DNA of 56,150 nucleotides from a virus (Duplodnaviria; Caudoviricetes): IMG/VR virus record IMGVR_UViG_3300037097_000033, positions 1 to 56,150 of that record; one strand, 5' to 3'. Shown piece by piece: positions 38,349 to 47,439 of this stretch (position 1 is its first letter; each line of letters starts with the position of its first letter). The notes under the pieces were generated by a model. It saw only the letters and a program-made list of their open reading frames with translations, ran no database searches and was not told where the DNA came from. The position numbers and the translations under genes were made by a program.

Positions 38349-40046
38349 TCAGATCGTGCCCGCCGGAGCAATCGAACACCGACAGTTGTGGACTAAAATG
38401 CCACTAGCGATGTACCAACCCGTCTCGGTGTGGAGGTTGTAAACGTGCCCGCTAAATGGAAGCCGCCGGACAGCGACGATTGGATCGAGGACTACCGCGC
38501 CGGCAAGTCCGTCAAACAACTGGCTGACGAGTTCGGGATCGCCCGCAATGCCGTGACTAGAACTCTCACCGAGAGGGGCGTCATCGTTCGAGACAACGCC
38601 ACTGCCAACCGGCTCATGCAGGCGGATAGGTCGCCGGAGCAACGAGCCTTGTGGACGCAAGCCGCCCACGACGCTGCCCGAGGACGGGTCAACACCTTCG
38701 AGGAGAAGTGTCTCGGTGCTCTCACTCGACAACGCACGCTCGGTATCCGTATGAGCCCGAGCGAGCAGCTCTTTGCTGGATGGCTTAGGGACCGAGGGAT
38801 CGACACGGTCCCGCAACTCGCCATCGGCCCATACAACGTGGACTTGGCTGCCGACCCCGTCGCCGTGGAAATCTTCGGAGGTGGTTGGCACGGTTATGGC
38901 GCTCACGCCGCACGTTCCGCTGAGCGTTTTCGCTACATTCTCGATGAAGGCTGGGCCGTGATAGTGGTATGGAGTGCGGTCCTCTATCGCATCTCTGCCC
39001 AGGCAGCGGACGAGGTTGTCGCCTTCGTGGAGCAAGCCCGCCGCGACCCAACCCTGCGGGGTGAGTACCGGATGATTAGGGGTAACGGTCACTTCGTTGC
39101 CAGCGGCCGTGAGAATCTCGACCACCTCACCCGAGTACCACCGGGCGGTTGAGCCAAGCACCCGCGGGGTGATGACCAGCGTGCCAGCCGGGAAGCAGTT
39201 GAAGTGTTGGGGGCAGCCCGGCAGGTCACTGAGCGAGTACGTGCCCTCTAGCGGCTCGCACTCGCCGCAGGCCCCCGGCTGTGTGATGTAGTCGAACATC
39301 TCGACGCCGGCGGAGACGAGCTGAGCCAGCTGCGCCCGCTTCATCGCCGTGTTTATGGCCTCGTCGATGTAGCCCTGCGCACCGGCGCCCTTGTCGATGA
39401 CCTCGTTTACCGCCTTGACCAGTTCCTCGCTGCCGAAGTTGTGGGCGATGCCGTCGGCGATCACCCGGCCCATGTCCCCGGCGAGGCCCAAGAGCTGGTC
39501 TGCTATCCACTCGGGCGCTTCGGAGCCGTAGCTGTCGAGCGTGCGGAGCTGGGCCAGCGTGTCGCGGTAGAGCTGGTCGAGGTCGACGGGCACGTCCAGG
39601 CGTCCGCTGTCGGCCAGTAGCGCCGTCGCTTGGGTCACGCCCTCCGCTGCCGCTTCTGCCTCGGCCAGCGAGACGAGCTCGGTCCAGTCCTTCTCGGTCG
39701 ACGGATTGGCCCGTAACCAACTGCGCAGCCAGAGCAGGGCGAGCGCCTTGGCCGTGTCCCGCCGCAATGTGTAGAGGGCGCTGCGGGGCGTCTCCGCCCC
39801 CATATCGTCGCTTGAGGCTGAGAACGGGCCGATACCCGAGGCGTGGAACTGGGCCGCCGCAGCGGACACTACGGTGGCCGTGGGGAACGTCTTGGCTATC
39901 GACCTCGGGACGGGCTTGATCTTGCGGGCCCATCGCTTGCTCAGGCGCTCCCGGCGCTCGGCCAGGGTGGCCAGCACGCCCTCGTAGCGCTCCACCTCGG
40001 CCACGGCGATGCCGTAGCGGCTGGCGATCTCCTCCGCCAGGGTCAC
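38349..40046 (-). CDS. MuF-like minor head protein, intein-containing
   Basis: CGEC...PQHFN|CRC rebuilt after intein removal. Confidence 0.85.
   Translation of the reverse strand: MTLAEEIASRYGIAVAEVERYEGVLATLAERRERLSKRWARKIKPVPRSIAKTFPTATVVSAAAAQFHASGIGPFSASSDDMGAETPRSALYTLRRDTAKALALLWLRSWLRANPSTEKDWTELVSLAEAEAAAEGVTQATALLADSGRLDVPVDLDQLYRDTLAQLRTLDSYGSEAPEWIADQLLGLAGDMGRVIADGIAHNFGSEELVKAVNEVIDKGAGAQGYIDEAINTAMKRAQLAQLVSAGVEMFDYITQPGACGECEPLEGTYSLSDLPGCPQHFNCFPAGTLVITPRVLGSTARWYSGEVVEILTAAGNEVTVTPNHPVLTPQGWVAAGLLHEGDNLVRCLGRDAIEDRTPYHYHGPAFIENVAKTLSGTCGVSAITVPTTSEDFHGDGVGSQVHVVWADGELRDRVDPSVPKPSSKELLARAHTDTERALSSESTETLLLEGVDPSSGSVVGGLRPQGSLLRRPIRLHEPVGSGVVSNDDAPLGESSSHGIAGDPELVSQLFDGLAGAVVLDPIVAVRRLPFSGHVYNLHTETGWYIASGILVHNCRCSIAPAGTI
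38385..39197 (-). mobile_element. intein (271 aa) in MuF
   Basis: CFPAGTLV block A, VTPNHPVLT block B, HVYNLHT..GILVHN followed by extein Cys. Confidence 0.9.
38445..39152 (+). CDS. HTH plus DUF559/Vsr-like endonuclease, nested antisense in the intein
   Basis: GGAGG 8 nt before GTG; SVKQLADEFGIARNAV HTH; SPSEQ, YNVDLA, AVEIFGGGWH, GWAVIVVW. Confidence 0.8.
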   Translation: MPAKWKPPDSDDWIEDYRAGKSVKQLADEFGIARNAVTRTLTERGVIVRDNATANRLMQADRSPEQRALWTQAAHDAARGRVNTFEEKCLGALTRQRTLGIRMSPSEQLFAGWLRDRGIDTVPQLAIGPYNVDLAADPVAVEIFGGGWHGYGAHAARSAERFRYILDEGWAVIVVWSAVLYRISAQAADEVVAFVEQARRDPTLRGEYRMIRGNGHFVASGRENLDHLTRVPPGG

Positions 40047-40294
40047 GACGGCTTGAGCCGCTTGGTGCCGCTCCAGTCCCGCAGCGCTACCTTGTGGACC
40101 TTGACGGGGGCGATGCGGGCAGCGAAGCGCGAGCCGGGCGGCGTCGGCACCGGGTTGATGCGCTTCTGGAAGTGGGCGGGCTCGCCGGACAGGGGCAGCT
40201 TGTGGACCGGAGCGGTCAGGCTCTTCGCCGCGGCCAGTCCCGACTTCGGCGGCTTGAGCGGCTTCTTTCGAGACTGACGCTTAGCCGTTGCCAC
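40043..40294 (-). CDS. small basic protein
   Basis: Lys/Arg-rich ORF coupled to MuF. Confidence 0.55.
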   Translation of the reverse strand: MATAKRQSRKKPLKPPKSGLAAAKSLTAPVHKLPLSGEPAHFQKRINPVPTPPGSRFAARIAPVKVHKVALRDWSGTKRLKPS

Positions 40295-40472
40295 TGGCAG
40301 GCTCGGTGGGCTGCATCAGGCCGGGGCCAGCGAAGGCGCCGACGGACATGAAGTGGTCCCAGACTTCGACCGGGTCGACCTGGCTGTCCAGTTCAAGCGA
40401 TTCAGTCTCCTGGGCTCGGAGTACGCCCTGGTCGTCCAGGATGTCTCGAATCACAGAAATGGTGTGTTTCAT
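40281..40472 (-). CDS. hypothetical protein
   Basis: GAGGAG RBS. Confidence 0.6.
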   Translation of the reverse strand: MKHTISVIRDILDDQGVLRAQETESLELDSQVDPVEVWDHFMSVGAFAGPGLMQPTEPASGNG

Positions 40473-40487
40473 GTCGTGCTCCTCGTG

Positions 40488-40689
40488 CTAGGAGTTGCCG
40501 TGTAGGTCCTGGGGGACCTCGTACTTACCGCCGGGCATCAAGGCTGCGACCCGCTTGTCGGGTTCGTGGACGCCCCCCTGTGGGGCCGGGGGGACCGGCG
40601 GGGCCTGGCACTTCGACTATTCCTCCTCCACCACCAGCGCCCCACGAGAAAATCCCGGGGGGGACGAGGGACGGCGTTTGAGTGGCCAC
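40488..40689 (-). pseudogene. collagen-like gene remnant or chimeric junction
   Basis: GGGGGIVEVPGPAGPPGPTGG breaks off after three triplets; another frame continues VHEPDKRVAALMPGGKYEVP. Confidence 0.35.
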
Positions 40690-40801
40690 TACGCCGACTC
40701 GCAGTCTTGTCGGTCATGGCGTTCCTGGTCATTTATTCCTTGGCCGCAGCGCTCGCAGGTCATAGGTGGAACAGCCCTGCCGGGCATCGCTAGTAGGACT
40801 G

Positions 40802-41491
40802 TCATTTGTGGAAAGTGGCAAACACGTTGCCCCAATAGGTGGCGCCGGACAGAGTACCCGCCAGGGCCAGGGTTGGTTCAGAGGTGAGTGTCTGAGAAAA
40901 GGGGAAGTTCATCGAGTCGTTGGCCGTGGTTTCCATAGAGGGCTGAGCGTTCCAGCCCGCAGTCACGCTGCCTAGGGTGTAAGGCCCTCCCTGAGCGGCG
41001 ACGGCCCCAATGGCAAACTCGGGGTTATAGGCCGTCGCTCCAGATGCCGTGTTTGTTACTGCCCTTCCTGTCGAACCGCCAGACGAGTTGCTATGGCTCA
41101 CGTCGAGCGGGCCAGAGGTGGCGGGCCCGGCAATCTCCCAAAACTGAATACTGATGTCGGAAGCGCTGGTCGAATTGACGGTCAGGGTGGTGATGGCGGC
41201 TGAGTTAGCCTTATACCATAGGTAGAGAGCGCCGAAGTTACTTGAGCGCACGACGATGTTCGGCCCCGTTGTCCAGGTCTGAAGCAGACTGTCGGTGATC
41301 GACCCCACGGCGCTGGGGCCATCGATGAAGGATGTTACAACCACCAGGTTGCCTGGAGTGACGGGGGCGATCGTAGGCGACAGGGTCGTTACTGTCGTGC
41401 CAGCGCTTTTATTCTGCACTGCCTGGACGATGACAAAGGGGGCTACCACCACTGGCTTACTCCCCAAATTCAGAAGCAGTGATCTTGACAT
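40802..41491 (-). CDS. minor virion protein (beta-rich)
   Basis: IVQAVQNK..VTPGNLVVV..ITDSLLQTW; Ser/Thr-rich. Confidence 0.6.
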   Translation of the reverse strand: MSRSLLLNLGSKPVVVAPFVIVQAVQNKSAGTTVTTLSPTIAPVTPGNLVVVTSFIDGPSAVGSITDSLLQTWTTGPNIVVRSSNFGALYLWYKANSAAITTLTVNSTSASDISIQFWEIAGPATSGPLDVSHSNSSGGSTGRAVTNTASGATAYNPEFAIGAVAAQGGPYTLGSVTAGWNAQPSMETTANDSMNFPFSQTLTSEPTLALAGTLSGATYWGNVFATFHK

Positions 41492-43516
41492 TTAAGCGAC
41501 ACCCACGCAACGCCATTTACTTGTCTCTGAGTTCCAGTCGAAGCCCATATCGAGCCTTGCTGCTGCCACTGTCGTGGTGGGCAACGCTACGTTGCCACTG
41601 GCCTCAAAAGAAGTGCCGAAGGTGAGGCCCACGGCACCGCTGCCTGTTACGGAGATGCGCAGCGTGTCGCCGTCTACCGGTGTGCCGGTGAGGTTGGTGG
41701 TGAAGGATGTGATGGCGGTGCTGCCCTGGGCTGTGATATGTACCACGTCGTACAGGTCCGTGTTGATTGCGGGGGTGGCCGATGCCGCCGAGAGGCTGAG
41801 CACCCTGGAAGTGATCCGCTTATTGGTGAACGTACCAACACCGGCCAGGGTCGGTGTCGTAGCCGAGTTTGGACCGCTGCCAGGGCTACCCGTGAACGGG
41901 AAGGCATTGACGCTTCTGACGAAAGCCGCCGCGGCAGGAGCGTCGGCACTGGAGGAACTGATCGTGTAGTCCCCGTCAGACTGGCTGCGCTGCCACTGTG
42001 TGACGAAGATGCAGTTGGGCATCTGCGTTTGCACCATCTGGAACAGCAGGTCGTACCAGGCTGCTTTGCCCGTAGTCAGGCCGCCGTTGGCGCTAGCACC
42101 CGTTACGGCGCTGTTGAGGGCCGAGCTGGTGCAGCCAAACTCGCCAATGGCGAACGGCTTGGACGGGGCCAGCGCACACAGCGACAGGTAGTTGTTCAGG
42201 AACAGGGCAGGTGGGGTGAGCAGTGGAGATTGAACGGTTTCCATGTACCCATCGAGAGCGATGATGTCCACGTAAGCATCGCCGGGGTACCAGTTCACGC
42301 CGCTGCCATCAGCCACCGTGGGGTCTACTTGATTAGCGCTTGTCCAGCCGGTGCCGCTCCAAACGTTCGGGTTCCAGCACCAGAGGACATTGGTGGCGCC
42401 GTAGGCACGGAAGAGGTTGACGATATGCTTCCAGCCCGCCACGAACTGAGCCGCCGTCTCCGTGCCGTAGCCAAAGCTCGACCAGTTCGCATTGAACTCG
42501 TGGGCCAGTCTAATGACAACGGGACCGCCGTAAGCAGCGCAAGCGGTTGCTAGACCGACCAGTCCAGTGCCGCTATAGAGGCCCGACGTGTCATAGGTCC
42601 CGGCAGTGAACTGGTTCAAAGCTCCCGTCGGGTCACAGGCGGACATGATGATGGCTTGCAATGCCGCGGCCCAGGTCGGGTACGCGCTGTAGAAGATGGG
42701 TTCGCTATTGAGCGCCTGCATAAACAGCAGCATGTCAACCGAACGCGGAGCAATTAACGCATTAAATGATGTGAAGTCGGCGAGGGCCGGTGAACTAGAG
42801 CCGCACACGCCGAGCATGACCGTGGGCCGACTGATGCGCGCAGCGGTGACGGGGTTGCTCAGCCCCCCGGCGCTTCCCGTGGTGCCCACCCAAACGTTCG
42901 CTGCCGTCTGGATGAGCGTGATGGCCTGGTAGGCGCCCGTGGTCGCAACCGAGCCGCCGCTGACCCCGTTGAGGGTCACGCCCGCGGCGCCGGTGACGGT
43001 CAGGACCCCGGAGCCGGGGCCGTCCAAGGCCGTTATCTCTGTGGGGACGCCGAAGCCCACTGTGGAATTGAGGGGGATCGTGAAGGTGGCACCGGTGGCG
43101 TTGGTCGACTCCACGACGGTGCCCTCGTCGGCCAGGGCGAAGGTGTAGGTCGCTCCGGCCTGCTGGGTGACCACCAGCGCTTGAGCCGCCCCGTTCAGGA
43201 ACCCCGCGGGGATGGTGTTCGTGAACGTGTCGCCTATCGAGTGGGTCTTGACGACCCCATTGGTCCCCATGCCGCGCAGCACGACCACCTGGGTGCCGTT
43301 CAAGACCTCCGTGACGACGACTATCTCGGGGTTGGTGTCACCGCCGGGAGGGAGGACCGTGGCGCCGTACCGCTGGCCAGTGGTCGGCTGCGGCAGCGGC
43401 GGGCTGCCCGTCGTCGAGGTGAGGCTCCACGTCTCTGTGGTGCCCGGCGTGGGCGTGGTGGAAATAGGGGCAGCCAGCGTGGTAGAGCCCGCGTCAGCGA
43501 AGATCCATGTAGTCAT
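41492..43516 (-). CDS. virion protein with GH26 glycoside hydrolase domain
   Basis: IRLAHEFNANW, WCWNPN, YPGDAYVDIIALDGY, KPFAIGEFG. Confidence 0.85.
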   Translation of the reverse strand: MTTWIFADAGSTTLAAPISTTPTPGTTETWSLTSTTGSPPLPQPTTGQRYGATVLPPGGDTNPEIVVVTEVLNGTQVVVLRGMGTNGVVKTHSIGDTFTNTIPAGFLNGAAQALVVTQQAGATYTFALADEGTVVESTNATGATFTIPLNSTVGFGVPTEITALDGPGSGVLTVTGAAGVTLNGVSGGSVATTGAYQAITLIQTAANVWVGTTGSAGGLSNPVTAARISRPTVMLGVCGSSSPALADFTSFNALIAPRSVDMLLFMQALNSEPIFYSAYPTWAAALQAIIMSACDPTGALNQFTAGTYDTSGLYSGTGLVGLATACAAYGGPVVIRLAHEFNANWSSFGYGTETAAQFVAGWKHIVNLFRAYGATNVLWCWNPNVWSGTGWTSANQVDPTVADGSGVNWYPGDAYVDIIALDGYMETVQSPLLTPPALFLNNYLSLCALAPSKPFAIGEFGCTSSALNSAVTGASANGGLTTGKAAWYDLLFQMVQTQMPNCIFVTQWQRSQSDGDYTISSSSADAPAAAAFVRSVNAFPFTGSPGSGPNSATTPTLAGVGTFTNKRITSRVLSLSAASATPAINTDLYDVVHITAQGSTAITSFTTNLTGTPVDGDTLRISVTGSGAVGLTFGTSFEASGNVALPTTTVAAARLDMGFDWNSETSKWRCVGVA

Positions 43517-43559
43517 CGAGCGATCTCCTTCTCAACCAGAACTGACGCCTTGGCCGCAG

Positions 43560-43901
43560 TCATGACGGCACTGGCAGGGGGCGGTTCCGGCGCGGCAGTG
43601 GCTTTAGCCGGCTCAACGGGCTCAGGCGGCTCAGTGGTTGGCATGGGCGCACCGTCCCTAACTCGTCGGCGTCCTGGGTGGCGAAAATGCGAGCGGCTTT
43701 GCGGATTTCAGCGTTGCGGGACAGCGAGCAGTCAGCATGAGCGTCGTGGCCGTCATCGAAGCAGGGGTGCTGCCAGACCTGCAGCTTCTGGCCACACCGG
43801 CAGCACGTACCCGGGCTGATCGTCAGGCGACGCATCTGCTGGCGGTTGGGCGGCTCAAGCTGGCCGCACTTGGGCAGGCGGTTGATGCGGTCGAAGTTCA
43901 C
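43560..43901 (-). CDS. hypothetical Cys-rich protein
   Basis: GTGA coupling; CCRCG...HADC. Confidence 0.4.
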   Translation of the reverse strand: MNFDRINRLPKCGQLEPPNRQQMRRLTISPGTCCRCGQKLQVWQHPCFDDGHDAHADCSLSRNAEIRKAARIFATQDADELGTVRPCQPLSRLSPLSRLKPLPRRNRPLPVPS

Positions 43902-44164
43902 GGCCGCGCTGCCAATTCGAGTTGCACCCAGCCTTCAGTGCCGATGTCGGACCCCACAACGCGCCGGCCAAAGTGGTCAGCGATCCGGAGGGCCATCTCG
44001 ATGTTGTTGTCGTGGATGAGCTGGCTGAACGGCTCGGACTCAGGCGTATGGCTTACGTCGGCGAACAGCAGCCCGCATTCGATGCCCCGGGCGAACTCTT
44101 CGGAGTCTGAGTCGAAAGCCAGGACAAGGCCCCACGATTCTCTGCTGCCGTCGCCCTCGCTCAT
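43898..44164 (-). CDS. hypothetical protein
   Basis: ATGA coupling; LAFDSDSEEFARGIECG. Confidence 0.6.
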   Translation of the reverse strand: MSEGDGSRESWGLVLAFDSDSEEFARGIECGLLFADVSHTPESEPFSQLIHDNNIEMALRIADHFGRRVVGSDIGTEGWVQLELAARP

Positions 44165-44310
44165 GACGGCTGGGCGTCCCAGTCGCTGAACTGCTCGTGC
44201 CAGGCGGTGTGCGCGGCCTGGTCCTCGCCCATGACGAGCCCGTGGCAGGCGCCACAGCGGTAAAGGTGCCAGCCGTCGACGGTCAGGGCTAGCTCATAGT
44301 GGACTGTCAT
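44161..44310 (-). CDS. small zinc-finger-like protein
   Basis: GGAGG RBS; CGAC...HTAWH. Confidence 0.55.
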   Translation of the reverse strand: MTVHYELALTVDGWHLYRCGACHGLVMGEDQAAHTAWHEQFSDWDAQPS

Positions 44311-44379
44311 GGCTTGCCTCCCCGGCGTTCCATCGCTGTCGCTGTTCGGCTCCACGATGGACGGAGTGGAAGAAACAGC

Positions 44380-44400
44380 AAAAACCCCACGCCGCCGGGG
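44380..44400 (-). terminator. weak terminator after portal
   Basis: CCCC..GGGG followed by TTTTT on minus strand. Confidence 0.35.
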
Positions 44401-44406
44401 AGAACT

Positions 44407-46203
44407 TTAGGGCTGGCTCACCGGAGCACGCCGCCGCTGGTACTCGTTGCGCCACGAGCGCCGGGCGAAGTACTCGGCCAGCGGTTCGCCGGGCTGGATC
44501 TCGTCCTCTTCGTCGTCGTCGGACTTGCCCAACGCCGGTTTCGGCTTCTTGCCGCCCGGTAGTGCCGGTTGGCCAGACTGCGGAGCACCAGGGGCACCGG
44601 GTGCACCGGGAATGGTCGGAGCGAGCCCGGCAGGGGCCGGCGCGGCGTTCTTGGCCGACAGCTGCTCCAGGTCCTGCCACAGCACGAGGTTCTGGCGGTC
44701 GACCAGTACCGGTTTGTCGCCGCCCTTGGTCGGCGGCTCGCCGATGTCCTTGCGCAGGCGGTCGAGGTCCCAGGAGCCATTGCGCAGGCGCAGGTCCCGG
44801 ATCTGCTCGATGATCAGTTCGTCGCGCCAGTCCACCTTGGCGAAGACGATGCGCCAGTCCTTCACGCCGTACGCCTGGTAGCACAGCGCAAAGCTGAACT
44901 TCTCCAGCACGAGCTCCTGGTAAGGCCCGCACGTGGTGACCATGAAGGTCCGGTTCTCGCCCTCCTCGGCCCCGGCGCCGCCGAGCGAGCCGGGCACGGC
45001 GACGCCGGCCTTGCGCTTCGGCACCCCGAAGGTAGAGAGGATGTCGTCCCGGGCGCCCTCCTTGACCGCCATCCAGTACTCGATCTTGTTCTGGCTGAGC
45101 TCGGTTACCTTGGTGCCGCCGCCCTGGACGCCGCCCCTGGTCTCGAACAGGTTGCCGATGTTGCGCGGCCCCAGGTTGCGACTGGCGTACTGGCTGCTCG
45201 CCTTGCGCACCTCGGGCTCGGCGAGCACCATGGGCCAGTCGACATGCAACCGGGGCGGGTCGCCCCGCTTCATGGTCTGTTCGAGCAGGCTGGCCGCAAA
45301 CAGCCACGTTTCGATGGCGACGTGGGCCTTACTCGTGGGCGAGACGCCGTAGAGCGAGGCGCCGGGGGCGTCGAGCTTGACGTGGATGATCTCGTGGGGC
45401 TCGAAGTCGACCCGCATGCCCGTCTCGGTCGTTTGGGTGTAGCCGACGAGCTTGCCGTCGACCATACGGCCGATGTTGCCGTGCTCGTCGGAGATGACGG
45501 ACATGGTCTGGCAGTCAAGCGGCCACAGCGCTACCGGCTCGGGCCCGAGCCAAGTGACCTCGACAAAGGCGTCACCGAAGATCAGGGCGTCGGTTATCAC
45601 CCGGCGCATCAGCTGGCGGACGTCGTCGCTCGGGTTGACATAGTCGAGCAGGGCCTGTATGCGCGCTATCCCGGGCGGAGGGGTAGGCGTCTTGGCCATC
45701 TCCTCGGGGTCGGTGTTGACCGGCTCCAGGGTCAACCCGCCGGCGGTGATGGTCCGGGCGATGCCGTCGACACAGGTGCTCACCCACGGGCAGGTCAAGT
45801 ACGCCTGGAGCAGTTCCGTCATAGCCGTGTCGCGATCAGGCGCGCCCGGCGTGCTACTCGTGCCGCTGTTGTACGGCGTCGTCCCGCCGATGGGGATGTT
45901 GTCGACGTAGCCGCGCCGCACTACCGGCCGGGCGAGCGGAGCGGGCTGGGCTGTCGCAACGGCATTGTTGCGGCGCCAGGGGAGCAGGGAGCGTGACGGG
46001 GTGCTCGCCGCCTCTACGAACGGGCTGGAGACGGTCTGTGCGAACGATGGCGGACGCAGCGGGCCGGCCTCGGACAGCGGCACCAGGTCGGTCATGGACA
46101 GCTCGCGCTCGAGCGATACGGCGGCGAGCTCGAGTTGGAGGTGTTCTACGCGTTGGCGGGCTTCGCCGAGCGGGTCGGGCTTGGCTCGGTTCCAAAAAGC
46201 CAC
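44407..46203 (-). CDS. portal protein
   Basis: PWVSTCVDGIA, DALIFGDAFVE, EIIHVKL..YGVSP, ILSTFGVP. Confidence 0.9.
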   Translation of the reverse strand: MAFWNRAKPDPLGEARQRVEHLQLELAAVSLERELSMTDLVPLSEAGPLRPPSFAQTVSSPFVEAASTPSRSLLPWRRNNAVATAQPAPLARPVVRRGYVDNIPIGGTTPYNSGTSSTPGAPDRDTAMTELLQAYLTCPWVSTCVDGIARTITAGGLTLEPVNTDPEEMAKTPTPPPGIARIQALLDYVNPSDDVRQLMRRVITDALIFGDAFVEVTWLGPEPVALWPLDCQTMSVISDEHGNIGRMVDGKLVGYTQTTETGMRVDFEPHEIIHVKLDAPGASLYGVSPTSKAHVAIETWLFAASLLEQTMKRGDPPRLHVDWPMVLAEPEVRKASSQYASRNLGPRNIGNLFETRGGVQGGGTKVTELSQNKIEYWMAVKEGARDDILSTFGVPKRKAGVAVPGSLGGAGAEEGENRTFMVTTCGPYQELVLEKFSFALCYQAYGVKDWRIVFAKVDWRDELIIEQIRDLRLRNGSWDLDRLRKDIGEPPTKGGDKPVLVDRQNLVLWQDLEQLSAKNAAPAPAGLAPTIPGAPGAPGAPQSGQPALPGGKKPKPALGKSDDDEEDEIQPGEPLAEYFARRSWRNEYQRRRAPVSQP

Positions 46204-46224
46204 GGGCGAGACCTCCGAGAAAAC

Positions 46225-46277
46225 CTGTCATAGGACTTGACAGAACAGGCCCCATCTGTCATAATTTATTACATGAC
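46225..46277 (+). promoter_or_regulatory. sigma70 promoter (leaderless) overlapped by palindromic operator
   Basis: TTGACA 46237, 17 nt, CATAAT 46260, 7 nt, ATG 46273; palindrome CTGTCA-taggact-TGACAG. Confidence 0.75.
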
Positions 46278-46479
46278 GAGAACCACTCGCCTCAGCCACA
46301 AGTCCTGCAACCATCCGCCGTTCGCCAAGATGGCGATACCCGAACTGGCCGCACTGGCCCAGGAGGCCGGCTACGGCGACGACCGCGAGCACCGTTCCGT
46401 CGTCCGAGCGATCGCTGGGCGTCTCCACTGCCAGCCCGGTGAGATCGTCTTCACTAACGGCACAGCCGTCACGCTGTGA
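46273..46479 (+). CDS. hypothetical protein
   Basis: leaderless ATG after consensus promoter. Confidence 0.6.
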   Translation: MTRTTRLSHKSCNHPPFAKMAIPELAALAQEAGYGDDREHRSVVRAIAGRLHCQPGEIVFTNGTAVTL

Positions 46480-46775
46480 CCACCAAGCTTCTCGGCATAG
46501 CCGAGATAGGCGCCCTGGTCGACGTCAAGCCCCAGACCGTTGCCCAGTGGTACAAACGGGGCAAGCTCCCTAAGCCATACGAGCGCCTCGCTTGCGGGCC
46601 CGTGTGGGAGCGGTCGGTCATCGAGACGTGGTGGGGACCCGATCCGGCACCGGCCAAGAAGGCACCTCCGCCTGATGTCCCCGTCCCGGCCCGTCGGCCG
46701 AACTTCGTATCGAGCCAACCGTCAGGCGGCGAGGTGCCGACCACGCGAGAGGTAGTGACCCGCTTCAAGGGGTAA
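46476..46775 (+). CDS. AlpA/MerR-like HTH regulator
   Basis: LLGIAEIGALVDVKPQTVAQWYKRGKLPKP...GPVWERSVIETW. Confidence 0.8.
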   Translation: MTTKLLGIAEIGALVDVKPQTVAQWYKRGKLPKPYERLACGPVWERSVIETWWGPDPAPAKKAPPPDVPVPARRPNFVSSQPSGGEVPTTREVVTRFKG

Positions 46776-46785
46776 ACTTGGGGCC

Positions 46786-47010
46786 GTGCCTGATCACAAC
46801 CCGTACGCCTGCGCTGAGTGCTTCCGTCGGGTCGTGCTGTACGGCGAGAGCTACTACGACCCTAAGACGGGTGAGCACTTCGACAACTGGGTCTGTCGCC
46901 CAGATGGCGCCTATACCCTGCTCATGGACGTCGCGCTCAAGGACCTTCCCGCCGTGGACCTACTGCGAGAGGCGACCAAGGACCTAGCGCCCTACACGCT
47001 TCGTGCCTGA
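46786..47010 (+). CDS. hypothetical protein
   Basis: operon packing; CAEC motif. Confidence 0.5.
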   Translation: MPDHNPYACAECFRRVVLYGESYYDPKTGEHFDNWVCRPDGAYTLLMDVALKDLPAVDLLREATKDLAPYTLRA

Positions 47011-47212
47011 GCGCCGCATCCACGAGTTGGCGAGCGAGCTGGCTGACACTGCGGTGCTCGATGTGGCCGGCTCGACCGGTCAGGGCACTGGCCTGGTCCC
47101 CGAACTGGCGCAGGTGCGGGCCGCCCACAAGCTGGCCCTGGCTGCCGTGGAGGTGGCGTTCAGCCGCTACCGGGAAGAGGCGCTCAACCGGGCGCTACCG
47201 GACAAACGGTGA
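47003..47212 (+). CDS. hypothetical protein
   Basis: overlaps previous stop. Confidence 0.45.
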   Translation: MPERRIHELASELADTAVLDVAGSTGQGTGLVPELAQVRAAHKLALAAVEVAFSRYREEALNRALPDKR

Positions 47213-47413
47213 GCGCGCCACCGCTCCGGGCTCGGTCTTGGGCTTGGGGCGGGGGTCTTCCACATCCGTCATGGCCATGTCCTTGGCAGCGAAGCGGCCG
47301 GCGAAGGGTGGCAGGCGCTCCTTGCCGTCAGGGTCGGTGCCGGGGAAGTAGGGCTCGACCTCGGGCTCGTCGGTAGCGAACACGTCGACGTCCATGTAGC
47401 GGTCAGTGGCCAT
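47195..47413 (-). CDS. small acidic protein ending GAVARSPFVR
   Basis: G-rich RBS; late-strand ORF. Confidence 0.55.
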   Translation of the reverse strand: MATDRYMDVDVFATDEPEVEPYFPGTDPDGKERLPPFAGRFAAKDMAMTDVEDPRPKPKTEPGAVARSPFVR

Positions 47414-47439
47414 TGCTGCCCCCCCCTATGATGCATGCC

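Noticed and set aside
34501-38442. Long plus-strand ORFs (843 aa, 442 aa) and similar ORFs opposite sheath, portal and tape measure
   Set aside because: Typical antisense shadows of high-GC genes with no motif or RBS, unlike the 38445 ORF.
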